Source: Okamejei kenojei (Eukaryota). From it: DNA of 64,000 nt. Positions 28,201 to 43,200 of this stretch are shown piece by piece. Where the stretch lies: assembly GCA_035221665.1 (NCBI GenBank), contig CM069145.1, positions 27,590,001 through 27,654,000 on the forward strand, written 5' to 3'. The notes beneath the pieces were generated by a model. That model was not told the DNA's origin. It searched no databases and saw nothing but the letters and a program-made list of their open reading frames with translations. Within the stretch, counting starts at the first letter, position 1. Each line of letters starts with the position of its first letter. Made by a program: the position numbers and the translations under genes.

Positions 28201-31200
28201 GGGACAACCCCTTAATGCACCTCTTTCAAATGGTCAGCAGGGCCATGAGAAGCCGAATGGCTTTCTGTGCTATATGAGCCCATAGATTAAAATGTGGCTT
28301 CCTCTAGCTGGAGAGCCTAGAGTTGAGAATAGGCACAAAGTGCTGGAATAACTCAGGCAGCTTCTCTGGAGAAAAAGGATGGGTGGCATTTTGGGTCGGA
28401 ACCTTTTTTGAGGACACAGAGTCAAAGAAGCAGGCGACCATTGGGGATAAAGAGTTGGAGAAAGTTTTTTTTTAGCAGAGGATTTCAAATATATTACAGA
28501 GGGGTGCCGATGCTTAGTCAGTGTACATTCAAGGTTGACATTGAAGCTTTGATATTATAGGAATCATGGCAGTCAGACAGGAACGAAGAGTTGAGGCACA
28601 GGATCTTCCCTGACACTACATGAATGCAATGATCAGTGCAGTGTCATAGATTGTTATTTCCAGCTCTTAAGATTCATTTTTCATTCAGTTGCCAGTTTTA
28701 AATGGTGCTGCGATAGCAAGCATTTGGGCCGTTGTTTGGCATCTGTTGGGAGATGAGACGAAGTTGCCCTATATCATTGAAAACTGCATCTTTTCAGCCA
28801 AGAAAACAGAAAACAGAGGTTAATTAACTAAGGCACATTAACCACAGGTACATGGCTTAGTCATGTACAGCTCACCTGGAGTAAATTCTATTTTGAGAAA
28901 ATGCTGATGAATACAGCAGGTTGACAGGACCCATTGGAATAAATTGTTTCATGCAACACATTAACGGGGTGATAAACCTGCTCCAAAATTCTAGTATTTC
29001 AACATTTGTGATATTTATGTTGCTTCAATGCTTGAGGGTCTTCGATAAATAATTGAGGCATTCAGCTTTGTTGAACAGTTTGCAATATTTTTCAGCACAA
29101 TTCCATACGAAACGGCAATTCCTAAACCTGTGGCCATCTTCATGAATGGATGAACACTGGAAGCTCTTGATATGAGTTACACACAGAGTGTGAGACATAC
29201 AGAAAAGGAAGCAATGTAACTCAGGAGAACAGGCAGCATCTTTGGAGAACATAAATAGGCGATACTTTGGCTTGGGTCCTTTCTACAGACTGATTATGGG
29301 GGAGCTGGCAGGTGGGGGGGGCATGGGGGTTGGGGGAAGAAAGTTTGGCAGGTAAAAGCTGGTTTACAAGCCCCTCTTTTTGTATAGAAATTGATTGTAT
29401 GTTCTATAAATAAACTGATTGCACGTCTAAAAAACACTTAATATAGTGCCTCAACCTCAATATGTTTCAAATAATTTACAACACCTGAAATACAGGTCCA
29501 CCACTGATTTTCTGGCACCCTTGGTTCCTGAGCCTTGCTAGATTATCCGCCTTGCTGGACCAACAGATGTCATGGCCTCCGAGGGTCATCGAATGGTCCG
29601 CCTAGGCCATCAGCGGGCCAATATACCGGCCCACAAGTCGGCCTTGGAAGTCGGCTATGGGAATGGATCCGCCAGCTCCGGTCGGGCCGGAGTTGCAGAG
29701 CCCCGACTGCAGGGGGCAAATTCGACCCGCTGATCGACCACGGAAGTCCCAATGATGTCGATAACAGATACCTCACCTGGTCTAGGTGCTATATTTTAGG
29801 GGGAACTTCCAGTGGGGGATTACAAATGCACTCTCATAATTTAATCCAGATTAAAGGAGGTGCTGGGCCACCAGTAGCCTGAAAATCAGTGGTGGACCTG
29901 TACCTCTGAAATGTCAGTGCTGTAACGTAGGCTATATTGGAACAAATTTGAGCAAAACAAGCTTCCACAAACAACAAAGTAATTACAGTAAAATACCCTA
30001 TTTTAATGTCTTTGTTTGAGGGATAAATATGGTCTGTAATACAGGAGGGAATTCCACTAATATTCTTCAAGAATTATCATGAGATTCTTAAAAAATCTAC
30101 CATCTGAAAGAATGTACGAGTCTACTATCACATGGAAAACAATGCTGATGGGGATCTGAATACCAGCCCACTCAATACTGGGGTTCAGTTGAAGTGTTAA
30201 TGCTGACCCACAACTGGTACTGAATTGTCAGTTTTGTGCATTTTGAAACTATACAGGTGTTAGAGGTTATGGGGAAAAGGCAGAAGAATGGGGTTAGGAG
30301 GGAGAGATAGGTCAGCCATGATTAAATGGTGGAGTAGACCTGCTGGGCCGATTGGCCTAATTCTACTATTCCTTATGACCTTATATGAATTCACATCCGT
30401 CATCACTTGAGTCAATAAATCGTTCTTGTACTCCATCCTATCTTTCTACTTTCCTTTTTGTCCCTCCGTAACACCTCCTTTATTCAGCAACCCAAAACGT
30501 GTTCCATTTCAAACTATTGCCAGCTCTTTGCTGATCGGAGACTGCAAGTGCTGAGAATTCCAGCTTTGCCTGTTTTTAACTATAGAAAAAGTCGGTCAGA
30601 GCACTGATTGAGTTTGACTCCTCTGATACAAATATAAGTAGAATCAAGGAATTATTAAATAACAAAAGGAGACTATTTGGCCGATTTGTTCTAAGCTAGC
30701 TTTTCACAAGGGAAAAACAGTTAACCCTATTCCCCATAGTTCAACGTTTTTCCTTTTTATGTAGTTTTCTATTTTATTTTGAAAGCTGTTAATTCAACCT
30801 GCTTCCACCATGCTTTCATATACGTTTGTGAAAAAGATGTTCCTTATGTCACGTTCATTTCTTTAGTTATTCACAGTAAATCCATGCCCTCTGGTTTTCA
30901 AGCTTTCCAGCACCAGTGTTATATTCGGAACTCCTTTTGTCCGTTCCGAATATAACATTGTATCCGAATATAACATTTCCACTCTTCGTGCTTTTTACCA
31001 AAATGTTTCACTTTGCAAATGTGTATAATTTCACAGCAAGACTACTTAAATCTTTTTGCAATTAAAACAGACATACGAGTAAAAGAAAGGAATTAATTAA
31101 GTCCAATAAATCCAAAAAGATTCATCAAAGTTTGTACCAACAAGAGTCAACACATGGACTGATGCGAAAGTAATTTTAATAAATTAATCAATCCGTAAAC

Positions 31201-34200
31201 ACTCTTTGACTGAAGTAAACTTAGGAAAAGAGTGATTAAGTGAGGTGTGTTAATACTGCAGATCAGACAAGCATTAGTAAATTGCTGTTTATATGGGATA
31301 AGACTGCCATCTTCTGGCTTCCATTTAGTAGTACAGTGTGAACATCAAATTACAGTAACAGGGTAAACAGTAAAAGCAAGAAAATGAACATGCTGGAAAT
31401 CTGAAATAAAAATAACAGACCCTGGAATTATTCAATGGGTCAGGCAGCATCTGTGGAGGCAGCATTAAAATTACCCCCGGGACGTTATATTCCCTCCACA
31501 GAATTTCTTGCAATCTTTCTACAAATATTTCCAGACCTATTAAGATTTCTAATCTTATGTTATTTTAGAGAATAGCATCAGTTTACCATGACACTGGATT
31601 TCCTCTTTATGCATGTAGACTTGGCTCCAAACCTATTCATTCATCCCAGGCTAGACACAAAAAGCTAGAGTAACTCAGCGGGACAGGCAGCATCTCTGGA
31701 AAGAAGGGATGGGTGTCGTTTCGGGTCAAGACCCTTTTTCAGACCAGTAACTGGTCATATGTGCAAGATTGCAAGCTCACCCTTCTAGCAATCTTACTTC
31801 AACTAAACCCACCTGTTCTTACTATCCATACAAACCTTAATCAGAATTTTGAATTTGTATTTTGTAAATAGTCAAATGTTGTAAAATCATATTAATTAAT
31901 TTATGCGTTTTTAAGATTGATACATCTCTGCTATCTCTACAGATCTCAATCAGATATGATTGTATAAATGTTTATACACATATATAATATACAAATGTTT
32001 TTACATCTATATATTATAGTCAAAAGTTGTAAAAACATTTCTTTTTTTTTAAGATTTACACATCTGTTACACATGTTACACACTAGAAATACAGATCTCA
32101 TTCAAATCTGATCGATGTATATATACATATATATATATATACACAAATGTATGTACATCCATATAATATGTGCACATACATCAATATATCATACATCTAT
32201 ATATTAGATTATATAGAAGTATAAATAGTAAACGCACTTAAAAATTAACAACATTGATTTTAATCTTTTGCCTGTAGTTATAAAATACAACTTCAACAGT
32301 TAATCAAAGCTTATCAATCAGATTTATGATTACATTAATACATATGTAAAATGAGGCACTAAGTTGCGATGTGGAATAAGAAGTGTGGAATAATAAGTAA
32401 GCATTGGTACTCACATCACTATAGAGGTCAGCATTAGCCTTGGCCTTAACTAACTGCGGCACTTCAAGAGGCAATGTGTACTGGGCTTTGGTCTTTTCAT
32501 ACTGCGCTCGATAATTCAACTGTAAAGAACAGAAGTCGAGGCTCAATTGTGTTAACTAAGGCTCATGGGGAATAAAGCAAGTTAAACATATCTACAGTAC
32601 CTAACTGACAATGATAGCAGTAAATTGTCTCTTTATGGATTTTTCCTGCTGAGAAAAGATGGAACAAAAAAATGTAATCTGCATTTACCAATAATTCCCC
32701 AATGTCTAAAAATATTCCATTAAAATGAATATTATTAAAACACTTGTTTTCATTTTTTTTAAACAATTGATTTAAAAATGCGTCTGCCGAATGGTCCCAA
32801 CACAAAATATCCCCTCACTATGTTCTCCAGAGATACTGCCTGACCCACTGAATTACTCCAGCACTTTGTGTCCTTTAATGGTTATTATCCCCATCGCTCA
32901 CATTGCTGTCCCAAGTAATTCATCCCTTATTCAAGTATTAATTTGGGAATTTTTCATTAGCTTACATTACTTATCTGCTGTGCATTATTCTTTGCTCGAA
33001 CTAACTCAGGAGTGTCCGTTACTGATGTATATTTTAGTTTATCCACATGTTGCCTGTAGTACATCTGGAAGCACACAGAAAATTACGAAGATATAAAAAG
33101 ATGAGCAAAAAATCCGATGCAGTGTTAACATACTATACAGGTTATATATATTTTTTAATTTATGAGCATTTAGGATTTATAAACATAATCCATAACCAGA
33201 ACCTTTGTCTTGAACCTTCAAACTATGAATCATAGAAGTTTATGATGTAGAAATAAGCCATTTGTCCCATTGGCCAGAGGAAATGTTATCCACATTCTTA
33301 GTCTCCTAATCTAGTGTCTGTACATTTATCGGTTTCAAACACTAGTCAATTTCTTCAAACACCAATTGGTAAATTTGCTTCCCCTTAATTTGCATCCTAA
33401 AAATCCTCTAGATATAAATATTATTCAATCTCTTCATTCTCTTGATATCAATCTTAAAATTTGCTCTAATTATTGACTCGCTGATCTGTGGGAAAGATAC
33501 AAATTAATTTGTTCAGAGAGTCCTCTATGATTCCTCTTAACCTTCCCGATATAAATTAAAAACGTTGTTCCTCTGTTCTCTGCTTAACAAAAGTCTCTCA
33601 TGCCTGTTATCATATTAGTGAGTCTACTCACTACCTATTCCATGACCTTAACAACCTTCCTACAGAAATGTAGCTTTGAATGTATATTCTTTGATGCTGA
33701 TAGTAATTTAACAAAATATATATATAAATTTAATATTGCCTCTTTGCTTCAATGCTGTGACAATCAGTATACCACATTTTGATATACTATTTCAATATAT
33801 TATGTTCATACAGCTTTATCAACATCCTGCTATTTTCAATACATCCTTCTCAGCATTCTGATAAAGGTCTACAAAAACATTTATTTTTTTACCTCGCTGT
33901 TATTTTGAACAAGTGATGACAAATAATTTCACAATAAATCTGGTTGGGCTGCAACCCACTCTGACGTCAAATTAACAAGGTGACTGCAATAGTCAGCACC
34001 GTCCTTTTAAAAGTTAAGAGCCTTCCAGGCATCAAAATATACTTTCTATTGTAACATCACCCGACTCACTGAATTAATCCCATACATGTTAATGCCCATC
34101 CCATCCCTGCATTCCTGTAGTTTCATCATCCATACCAGATCAGTATTTTATGAAACAGGTAGCATCCTGATACAACATATTTTAGAAAACATTCTCTAAT

Positions 34201-37200
34201 GTAAGCATATTGGTACCACTGGCAAAAGAGAAATCAAACCATTTTATAAGTTTACTTCTCTACAATAAAAGTACGATTTCTTGCCTCAAATTATATTAAA
34301 AGAAAGAATGAGCATTTACAGTATAAAGCATGGTTCATGTCCTCTGAATACCCAGTGTATGGACAGTTTGATTGCAATCATGTACAGTCTTTTCACTGAC
34401 TGGATAGTACAGTGGCAACCTATTTCGACTAGTGTCTTTAACACAGTTAAATATCTGAAGCCTCATTTTGGGACCATTACTGATCAGAATTTGATACAGA
34501 ACCACATAAGGAAACATTTGACAAGATGGTCAAAAGTTTGGCCACAGAAGTGAATCTTAAGAAGCATATCAAAGCAGGAGAGAAATTGGAGAGGCAGAGC
34601 CAAAAAGATGTAATGAGGGAATTCTAGACTTAGCAGATGAATGTATGACTGTCAGAGATGATAAATTTGTGAATGCTAAAAAAAAAAAATCAAAAGCCAC
34701 AATATCTGGGGACAATTGTCGGACTGGAGGAGATTATGGAGAGAGAGGGATGGGATCATCAAAAGATTTATTAACATATGATGCCCATTATGATTGAAAG
34801 ACTCATAAAAAATAACTGTCTGTGCTTACTCCTGAAGATCAGCCATGTGGGAGAGACAGAAAAATACAATTGGAACGTAGCCGGAGCAAGAACGAACAAT
34901 TTGGGAAAGTAATTCAGAGTGGCGAAAACTGGAATTACTGAAGCATCTGCAGTCTTACATCTTTTAACGGGACCAATTTCTTCAGTGTTTCGTAGGCGGG
35001 TGTGACGTCAGCTGAATAAAAACAAAGCATTTGGTCCCCTTCCAAGTCACTTTTGTACTTTATCTGTAAAAAAAGTCCAAAGTCATGATTTTGGATTAAA
35101 CATTATATTTCAAATATTTTGCATTTATAGATACGACAACGTTTTCAAAACTGGATATACATTTATGTTCTGAGTTTGTCAATGACAATGGCTGAATATT
35201 AACATTTATCAATATATAACTGTGAAATATTGGTTTGTGTTAAGAGTACTCAGCTTAGTCAAGAAAGCGAATATTTATTCTTATCTTGAAGCAAGAAAAG
35301 ATCTGATGTTCCTGGACTGTAGCCAATTTTGCAGAAGCCAGTTCACCTTTAAACCTGCATTTTATTGGAGTGTGGAAGGAAGGCAGAGCACGTGGAGAAA
35401 ACCCATGAGTTCACAAGGAGAACGTGCAAACTCCATATAGACAACACCCATAATCATAATTAAACCATATCTCTGGCGCTGTAAGATAGCCACGCTACCG
35501 CTCCACCACTGTGCACATAGCATGTCACAAGGCAACTAACAAGAACGTGGGAAACTGCCCAGAAATGGCTCTCCCTCGATATTCTTTCTCATCCCAAATG
35601 ACACTGGCTCACAGCTGCGGTCAAACCTACTGCACAATTGACTCCCCAGACCGCTCTGGTGCCAAATCTTAAGGAAATTTGTTTCTAACCAGCCCACATT
35701 CCAGTCCTATGGAAGGTCTGTGAATGAGTACAAATGCGATGAACATTTGCATATTTATGGACACACAAGCCAACAATGATCTTACTGGCACATCAATGGG
35801 GATCATCATAGTGATCATTTTTACGTTGTTTGAGTATAATTAAAGAGAAAATTGAAGTAGGGAAAATGAATTATGTGAATGACAAGCAGATATTAACAAA
35901 AGTGAAAAACTGTTTAAAAAGCAAAGAGCTTGAAACTTGAAATGCAATGAGAACAGTTTCATACATTGCCAGCAGATGATACTATAGATTTGACATTTAT
36001 GACAAGCTTGAGAAATATTATTGTAAAGCTATATACACTTAAGCTTCATGCGCGGACAGGATAAACTAACGTGGAGAAATTAGTAAACTAAATGACTGAC
36101 GGAGTTGAATTGATAGCAGCAGAGAAGGCAATTTATCGCAAATGCGGCCATGGCCTTTCTCTCAAAAGTATGTGTTGATATATCTCATACATAACTTTCA
36201 CCATGGATAACTCTATTTTGCCAATAATACCATCACTGCTCACTCTTTAAACCTTCATCTAATGTCATGGAAATGGACTAGAACCAAATAAATCTAATAT
36301 TTAAGTTAATCAAAAGTCTGTTATATTGGTTTGGCTTAGAAAATGAATACAAATTGACACTGAAACATTTCCACTAAATCAATTCCTTGGGGCCACACCT
36401 CTTGCTTTGAACATATTTCCCAGGAAACATCCAGTCTCCCCACTCAGAGTAATTTGGAGAGGTAGCTATTTGACATGAACGCAGGCAATATTCCAAGTAT
36501 AATAGCCTAGAATTTGGTCAGTAGTTGCAGCTGGAGTTAAAGTATTGCTTTGGAGACATCAGGAACTGCAGATGCTGACATATTGAGCAAACTGGAGGAA
36601 CTCAGTGGGTCAGGCAACATCGTTCGTTTAGAGATACAGAATGGAAATAGACCCTTTGACCAAACGAATCCTTGCTGACCATCAATCACCCATTCACACA
36701 ATAGTACTACAGACTCCATACACACCAGGGGAAATTTATAGAGGCCAATTACCCTACAAGCACATCCTTGGGATGTGGGAGGAAACTGGAGGACCCAGAG
36801 GAAACCCACGTGGTCACAACGAGAACTTGCAAACACCACCACTTGATCAGCAGTAGAGTTCCCCGCTGTATCTCTAAAGTCTAAAAATCTAAAGTCTAAA
36901 GTCAGGATCGGACCCAGCTCCACCAGCTAGCTACAACACAGTGCCACCCACTAACAAGATGGGATCAGTGGGGGGAATGGACAGGCAACATTTTGGGTTG
37001 AGACCCTCGCTGCTTTGTTTATTGGAAAATTTGCCAGGGCTCTAGTACACAGGATCAACCTCACAAACGGCAAGGATCCCTTCGCATGGTCCACTATTGT
37101 AGGAAATCTGGGTAGTGTGGTGCTGGTAAAATAGTTAGTGCACAGGTGTGGAGGAGAGACTGTTAAAGAAACCTAGAAACATAGAAAAAATGGTGCAGGA

Positions 37201-40200
37201 GTAGGCCATTTGGCCCATTGAAACAGCACTGCCATTCAATATGATCATGGCTGATCATCTAAAATCAGTACCCCATTCCTGCTTTTTCCCCATATCCCTT
37301 GATGCCTTTAGCCCTAAGCGCTAAATCTAACTCTCTTGAAAACATCCAGTAAATTGGCCTCCACTGTCTTCTGTGGCAGAGAATTCTGCAGATTCACAAC
37401 TCTCCGGGTGAAAGAAAAATTCCTCATCTCAGTCCTAATGGCCTACCCTTTATTCTTAAACTGTAACCCCTGGTTCTGGACTCCCCCAACATCAGGAACA
37501 TTTTTCCTGCATCTAGCCTGTCCAATCCCTCAGGAATTTTTATATGTTTCTATAAGATCCCCTCTCATCCTTCTAAATTCCAGTGAATACAAGCCCAGTC
37601 GACCCATTCTTTCATCATATGTCAGCCCCACCATCCCGGGAATTAACCTGGTGAACCTACGCTGCACTCCCTCAATAGCAATAATGTCCTTCCTCAAATT
37701 CAGATACCAGAAATGCACACAATACTCCAGGTGCAGTCCCACCAGGGCCCTGTACAACTGCAGTAGGACCTCCTTGCTTCTAAACTCAAATCCACTCGTA
37801 ATGAACGGCTACATGCCATTTGCTTTCTCCACTGCCTGCTGTACCTGCATGCTTACTTTCTGTGAAGAATGTACAAGCACACGCAGGTCTCATTGCAGCT
37901 CCCCTTTTCTTAATCTGACATCATTCAGATAATAATCTGCCTTCCTGTTCTTGCCACCAAAGTGGATATCATCGCCTTTAACCACATTATACTGCATCTG
38001 CCATGCATCTGCCCACTCACCCAACCTATCCAAGTCACCCTGCAGTCTTATAGCATCCTCATCGCAGCCCACACAGCCACCCAGCTTTGTTTCATCCACA
38101 AAGTTGGAGATGTCTCATTTAATTCCCTCGTCTAAATCGTTAATATATATTGTAAATAACTGGGGTCCCAGCACCGAGCCTTGCGGCACCCCACTAGTCA
38201 TTGCCTGCCATTCTGAAAAGGATCCGTTAATTCCTACTCTTTGCTTCCTGTCTGCCAGCCAGTTCTCTATCCATGTCAATACCCTGCCCCCAATACCATG
38301 TGCCCTAATTTTGCACACTAATCTCTTGTGTGGGACCTTGTCAAAGGCTTTTAGAAAGTCCAGATACACCACATCCACTGGCACTCCCTTATCAATTCTA
38401 CTTGTTACATCCTCAAAAAATTATAGATCAGTCAAGTATTATTTCACCTTCATAAATCCATGCTAACTTTGACTGATCCTGTCACTGCTTTCCAAATGCG
38501 CTGCTATAACATCTTTAACAATCCAATCAAGCATCTTCCCCACTACCGATGTAAGGCTAACTGGTCTATAATTCCCCCTTTTCTCTCTCCCTCCTTTCTT
38601 AAAAAGTGGAGTTACATTGGCTACCCTGCAGTCCACAGGAACTAATCCAGAGTCAAGAGAACATTGGAAAATGATCACCAATGCATCCACGATTACTAGG
38701 GCCACCTCACTGAGTACTCTGGATGCAGACCATCAGGCCCTGTGGATGTATCTGCCTTCAGTCCCAACAGTTTACCTAACACCATTTCCTGATTAATGTG
38801 AATTCCCTTCCGTTGTTCCCTCCCACTAGATCCTCGGTTCCCCAGTATTTCTGGGAGTTTTTTTGTGTCTTCCTTAATAAAGACAGAACCAAAGTATTAA
38901 TTTAACTGTTCTGCCATTTCCTTGTTTCCCATTATAAATCTATCTGTCTCAGATTGTAAGGGACCTACATTTGCCTTCACTAATCTTTTCATTTTTACAT
39001 ATCTAAAGAAGCTTTTACAGTCAGTTTTTATATTCCCTGCAAGCTTTCTTTCATGCTCTTTTTTCCCCCCTCTTAATTAACCCCTTTGTCCTCCTCTGCT
39101 GAGTTCTAAATTTCTCCCAGTCCTCCGGTTTGCTGCTTCCTCTGGCCAATTGATATGCCTTTTCTTTGGATTTAACACTATCCTCGATTTCCCTCGTTAC
39201 CCACGTTCGAGCCGCTTCCCTCGTTTTATTTTTTCACCAGACAGGAATGAACAATATTTGGAGTTCATCCATGCGGTCTTTAAATCTTTGTCATTGCATC
39301 TCCACAGTCAACCCTTTAAAAAGTTCAGGTTGAACTATTCCCATCAATAAATTCTTCTATTTTAATTTCCCTCATGTTCTTATCTAACTTATTCTCGGAC
39401 TGCTCTTACACAACTTATGGGATGAACATCCACATGCTTATCACAACTCTGAGTGAAGAAATTACTCCTGAATTCCTTACTGGTTTAATTAATGATTATC
39501 TTACATTTATCCCCTAGTTCTCGTCCAGCTCACTAGCCAAAATATCCCAATCGACATTAACCTCATCAAATGTTCCCAATCTTAACACCATTGTCAAATT
39601 ATTTATTTCCAAGGCAAACCATAGCTTCCGACTCATCAAGGAGAGATCTTGCCTGACAAATCTGTAGAAATTGTTTGAGGAAGTAACAAACAGGATAGAC
39701 AAAGGAGAGCCTGTGGATGTTGTTGGATTTTCAGAACGACTTTGATAAGATGCCACATGTGAAAATACTAAACAAAACCATGACGTGTTTGGATTGTGTA
39801 GATTGGGAAATTGTAGATGAGGAATTCAAGCTTACAATGTGTTCATTAGGACTCAGTGAGCATGCCAGGAAACAGCCACTCCAAACCCAAAGAAACTCTA
39901 AGCCAAACACAAGCCCCAGCAGCTTAGTTGGGATCAGGCTTCAGGGAACCAAACTTACTGGGAGGATTTGCCTAGATGAACTTTTAATAGTAGATTGAAA
40001 TATTTCTTGGAGACTATGATCTGGCAAGTTTTGCTTTCATCTTATATGCAATCGGCAAACTACAGAAACAAAGCAATGTTGAATAAATCAAAAGGAAATA
40101 GTTTGAGAGACTTCAGAGTTGATCTTTCTGATTTGTAAGTTTTCCTTGATGGTCATATTTTTAATATTAAACCTGCAATTTTGCCTCTTTGGGTAATTGA

Positions 40201-43200
40201 GCATCTAGTTTTTTGCACCTTTAGTTACATATTTGGTTTGCCTCTCTTCTGCTATATGAACTTTGAGTTTTTCAAGCACAAGTAAAATGCCCTTTGTACC
40301 TGAAACTTGCACTTAACTATGTGTTAGGTAAATGCTAACTTAGGTAAACTGGATTTGATCTGTTGCTTGATCATTTGAAATTATGAGTACAGGCCTGGAG
40401 TTTCAAGATATTGCATCGTTATCAAATTATTGTTTCTAGAATATGATTTCCGTGCACATTTAGTGCCTTTCTTTAAAATATAAACAAATAAAAACCAGGA
40501 TAGATATATTTGCAATCTATTCTGAATCAGACATATTTACTGCACCCAAGCAAATAGCAATATTATAACATTTGAGATTACATTCAACTCTGTAAACTGA
40601 TTTGGATTGCATTTCAAACAAATCAAATCATTCCTTCTCTCCAGAGATGCTGCCTGACCCACTGAGTTACTCCAGCATTTTGTGTCTAAATCAAATCAAA
40701 TGCTATCTTGTCATGAAAGCTTGTCATGTCACTTCTAGTTTTTTGCATTGTTTAATAGATTGCACATGTACACCTAGAAAATTATATAAAGTGTCCCTTC
40801 GTATATCAATTACTTACTATAATATACTTTACAGCTTCTGAAAGGGTATTCAGCACAGGCGAGCATTCTATCTCACATAATATGAATATTTGTAATTGGT
40901 CCAATTTATTATCTTTGCTATCATTTATAAAGAGTGGGGCTATAATTATTATGAATTAGTTACTGGAAATAAGTTACACTGTAACAGATGAGGAATTCCT
41001 GAGAAATGCCAGCACAACTGCTGGTTACTGCTGGCATTTCCCCTTTTAAACACCAAGAAGTTCAAGACTCTCAAGTTAAAGGGCCTGTCCCACTTTCACG
41101 ATCTAATTCACGACCTTTTTTACTCGTGGACATTTTTCATCATGTTGAAAAAACGACCCGACCTACTTGATGCCACGAGTACCTATGACTAGCATCACGA
41201 CTTCCTACGACCTACCTACGACATTGTGACGACCATGCTGCGAGTATGAGTCAAGGGCAAACTCGGCAGAGGTCGTGAATTCGGTTGTGAAAGTGGGACA
41301 GGCCCTTTGGTGTATAGGATTGTAGGTGTCTCAAACTTCCTAAAGTGCCTCCCCGCTGTAATTCCAATGGTGCTCTGGCATTATGGGATGCCAGTTTGCT
41401 GCAGTTTCCCAGCAGTTGTGCTGCATCAGGTTAAATGTAATGCAGATTTAATGAGTTCATTAATTTCATAGAGAAAAGTACCTGTGAAGGACCAAGCCAA
41501 GATGTAGATAGTTAGTATTTTTGTATCAATTAGTGTAAAGGTAATTAATTATTTCTTGACTTTTCCAAATTTCTTTACTTTCTTTAAATTATTTACAAGT
41601 TGTAGATAATATTGTTGTATCGATTAATGTAAAAGTTAATTGCTTTTTAAAGTTCCCAAATTTCATTATTTTCTTTAATTTAATTATAGGTTATAGATGG
41701 TTAGTATTTTTGTATTGATTAATGTAAAGGTAACTAATAGCACTTTAAAGTTCCCACATTTTGTTATTTTCTTTAAATTAAGTATACTTTGAAAATACAG
41801 TATAACCGTTTTTGCATGTTCTGAAATGTCAGAGATATTTAGGCCCTTAAAATGTTGATAGTTTTAATAGCTGGCAAACCTGAGGCACAGCTTAGCCAAT
41901 TGTCAAATGCAGGGTTCCTTACTGTTGAGTAGGTCGAGAACTTTGTGTATCAAGTTGCCACTGAAAGATTGTCCCAAGACAGAGTATGCATGAGAGCAAA
42001 GGGTGCAAGTGGGCTATCACTCCTGGGATATCTGGTCAATTAATTTAAAGATTAACTTAACACTAGCTATTTTTATTCGTACTCACATCACTTGCCAAAC
42101 TTCCAGCTTTCATACAATGTATTGTGTGCCTATCCATGCCGACACCTTCATAGTGACCTTTCACGTGATTTTGGTAGTTTTCTTTGTATTTGAGCTACAC
42201 AAAGAATAGAACAACATTATACATTTACCTCATGTTTCAGTCATACAATCACTAACTACTTAACCAGCATAGGTGGCTCTGAATGGTCTAATGCTACAAA
42301 ACATTAGAACTCAATTTGTGCTACATTGGTGGTAATACTGTACAATACAGATAATATAATATATGAGAACACTGGAAATATTCCAAAATCTATGGAGAGA
42401 GAAAAATGTGGTTAGCACTTCAGGTTGATGACCTTCCATCTGAACCAACAAAATGTTGGTAAATGACCATGTTTCAAGTTATAGAGAGGGGGTGGGGGGG
42501 ATAAGGGGATATCTTTCATATACATGAGAGACTGAATGACACCAGTGTTGGTGGTGTTGGCTGAGCAATGGTAGTGTATGGTTTGTTAACTTCAGATGAT
42601 CTGTCAGGAAGAAATGAAAATGGGCAAAGATAATGTAGGAGAGAGAAAGCAACTTCAGATATCTCTAGCCTTACTCATTTGTGTCATAACAGATCAGTTC
42701 CAGGAATTGCATCTTATTGTCTCCCTTTATTTAATCAATCCTCCATTTCTATATCGTGCAGACGGATAATCGCCCATTTATCCCCCTCTCAACTGGCACC
42801 AGAATCACAGTGTCATTCCATCTCACTTTGCCTCAATGCTAACATGACATTCCCTATATACACTGTAGTCATCTCACTTCTTTGTAACTTAAAGTATATT
42901 TGTTTTCTAAGGCTTCTCCGTTTTAATGAAAAGCAATGCAATTGGATCCAATTGAGGTACCCTGACCTGCTGAGTATTTCCAACATTTTGTGTTTTTATT
43001 TCAGATTTCCACACAAAACAATGCTTTTTTTTGCTTTTCATCTACTTGAAAGATCACTACGAATGCCTCCACAAACTCAACCGCTACCTCTTTTGAACCC
43101 TGGGGCGTAATCTATCTGGTCCAGGTAATTTACCCACCTTCAGAATATTCAGCTTCCCCAGCACCTTATACGTAATAGCAACTGTACTCACTTCTGTCCC

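Noticed and set aside
37336-38466. 198-aa and 171-aa plus-strand ORFs
   Set aside because: Antisense shadows of the minus-strand CR1 RT.
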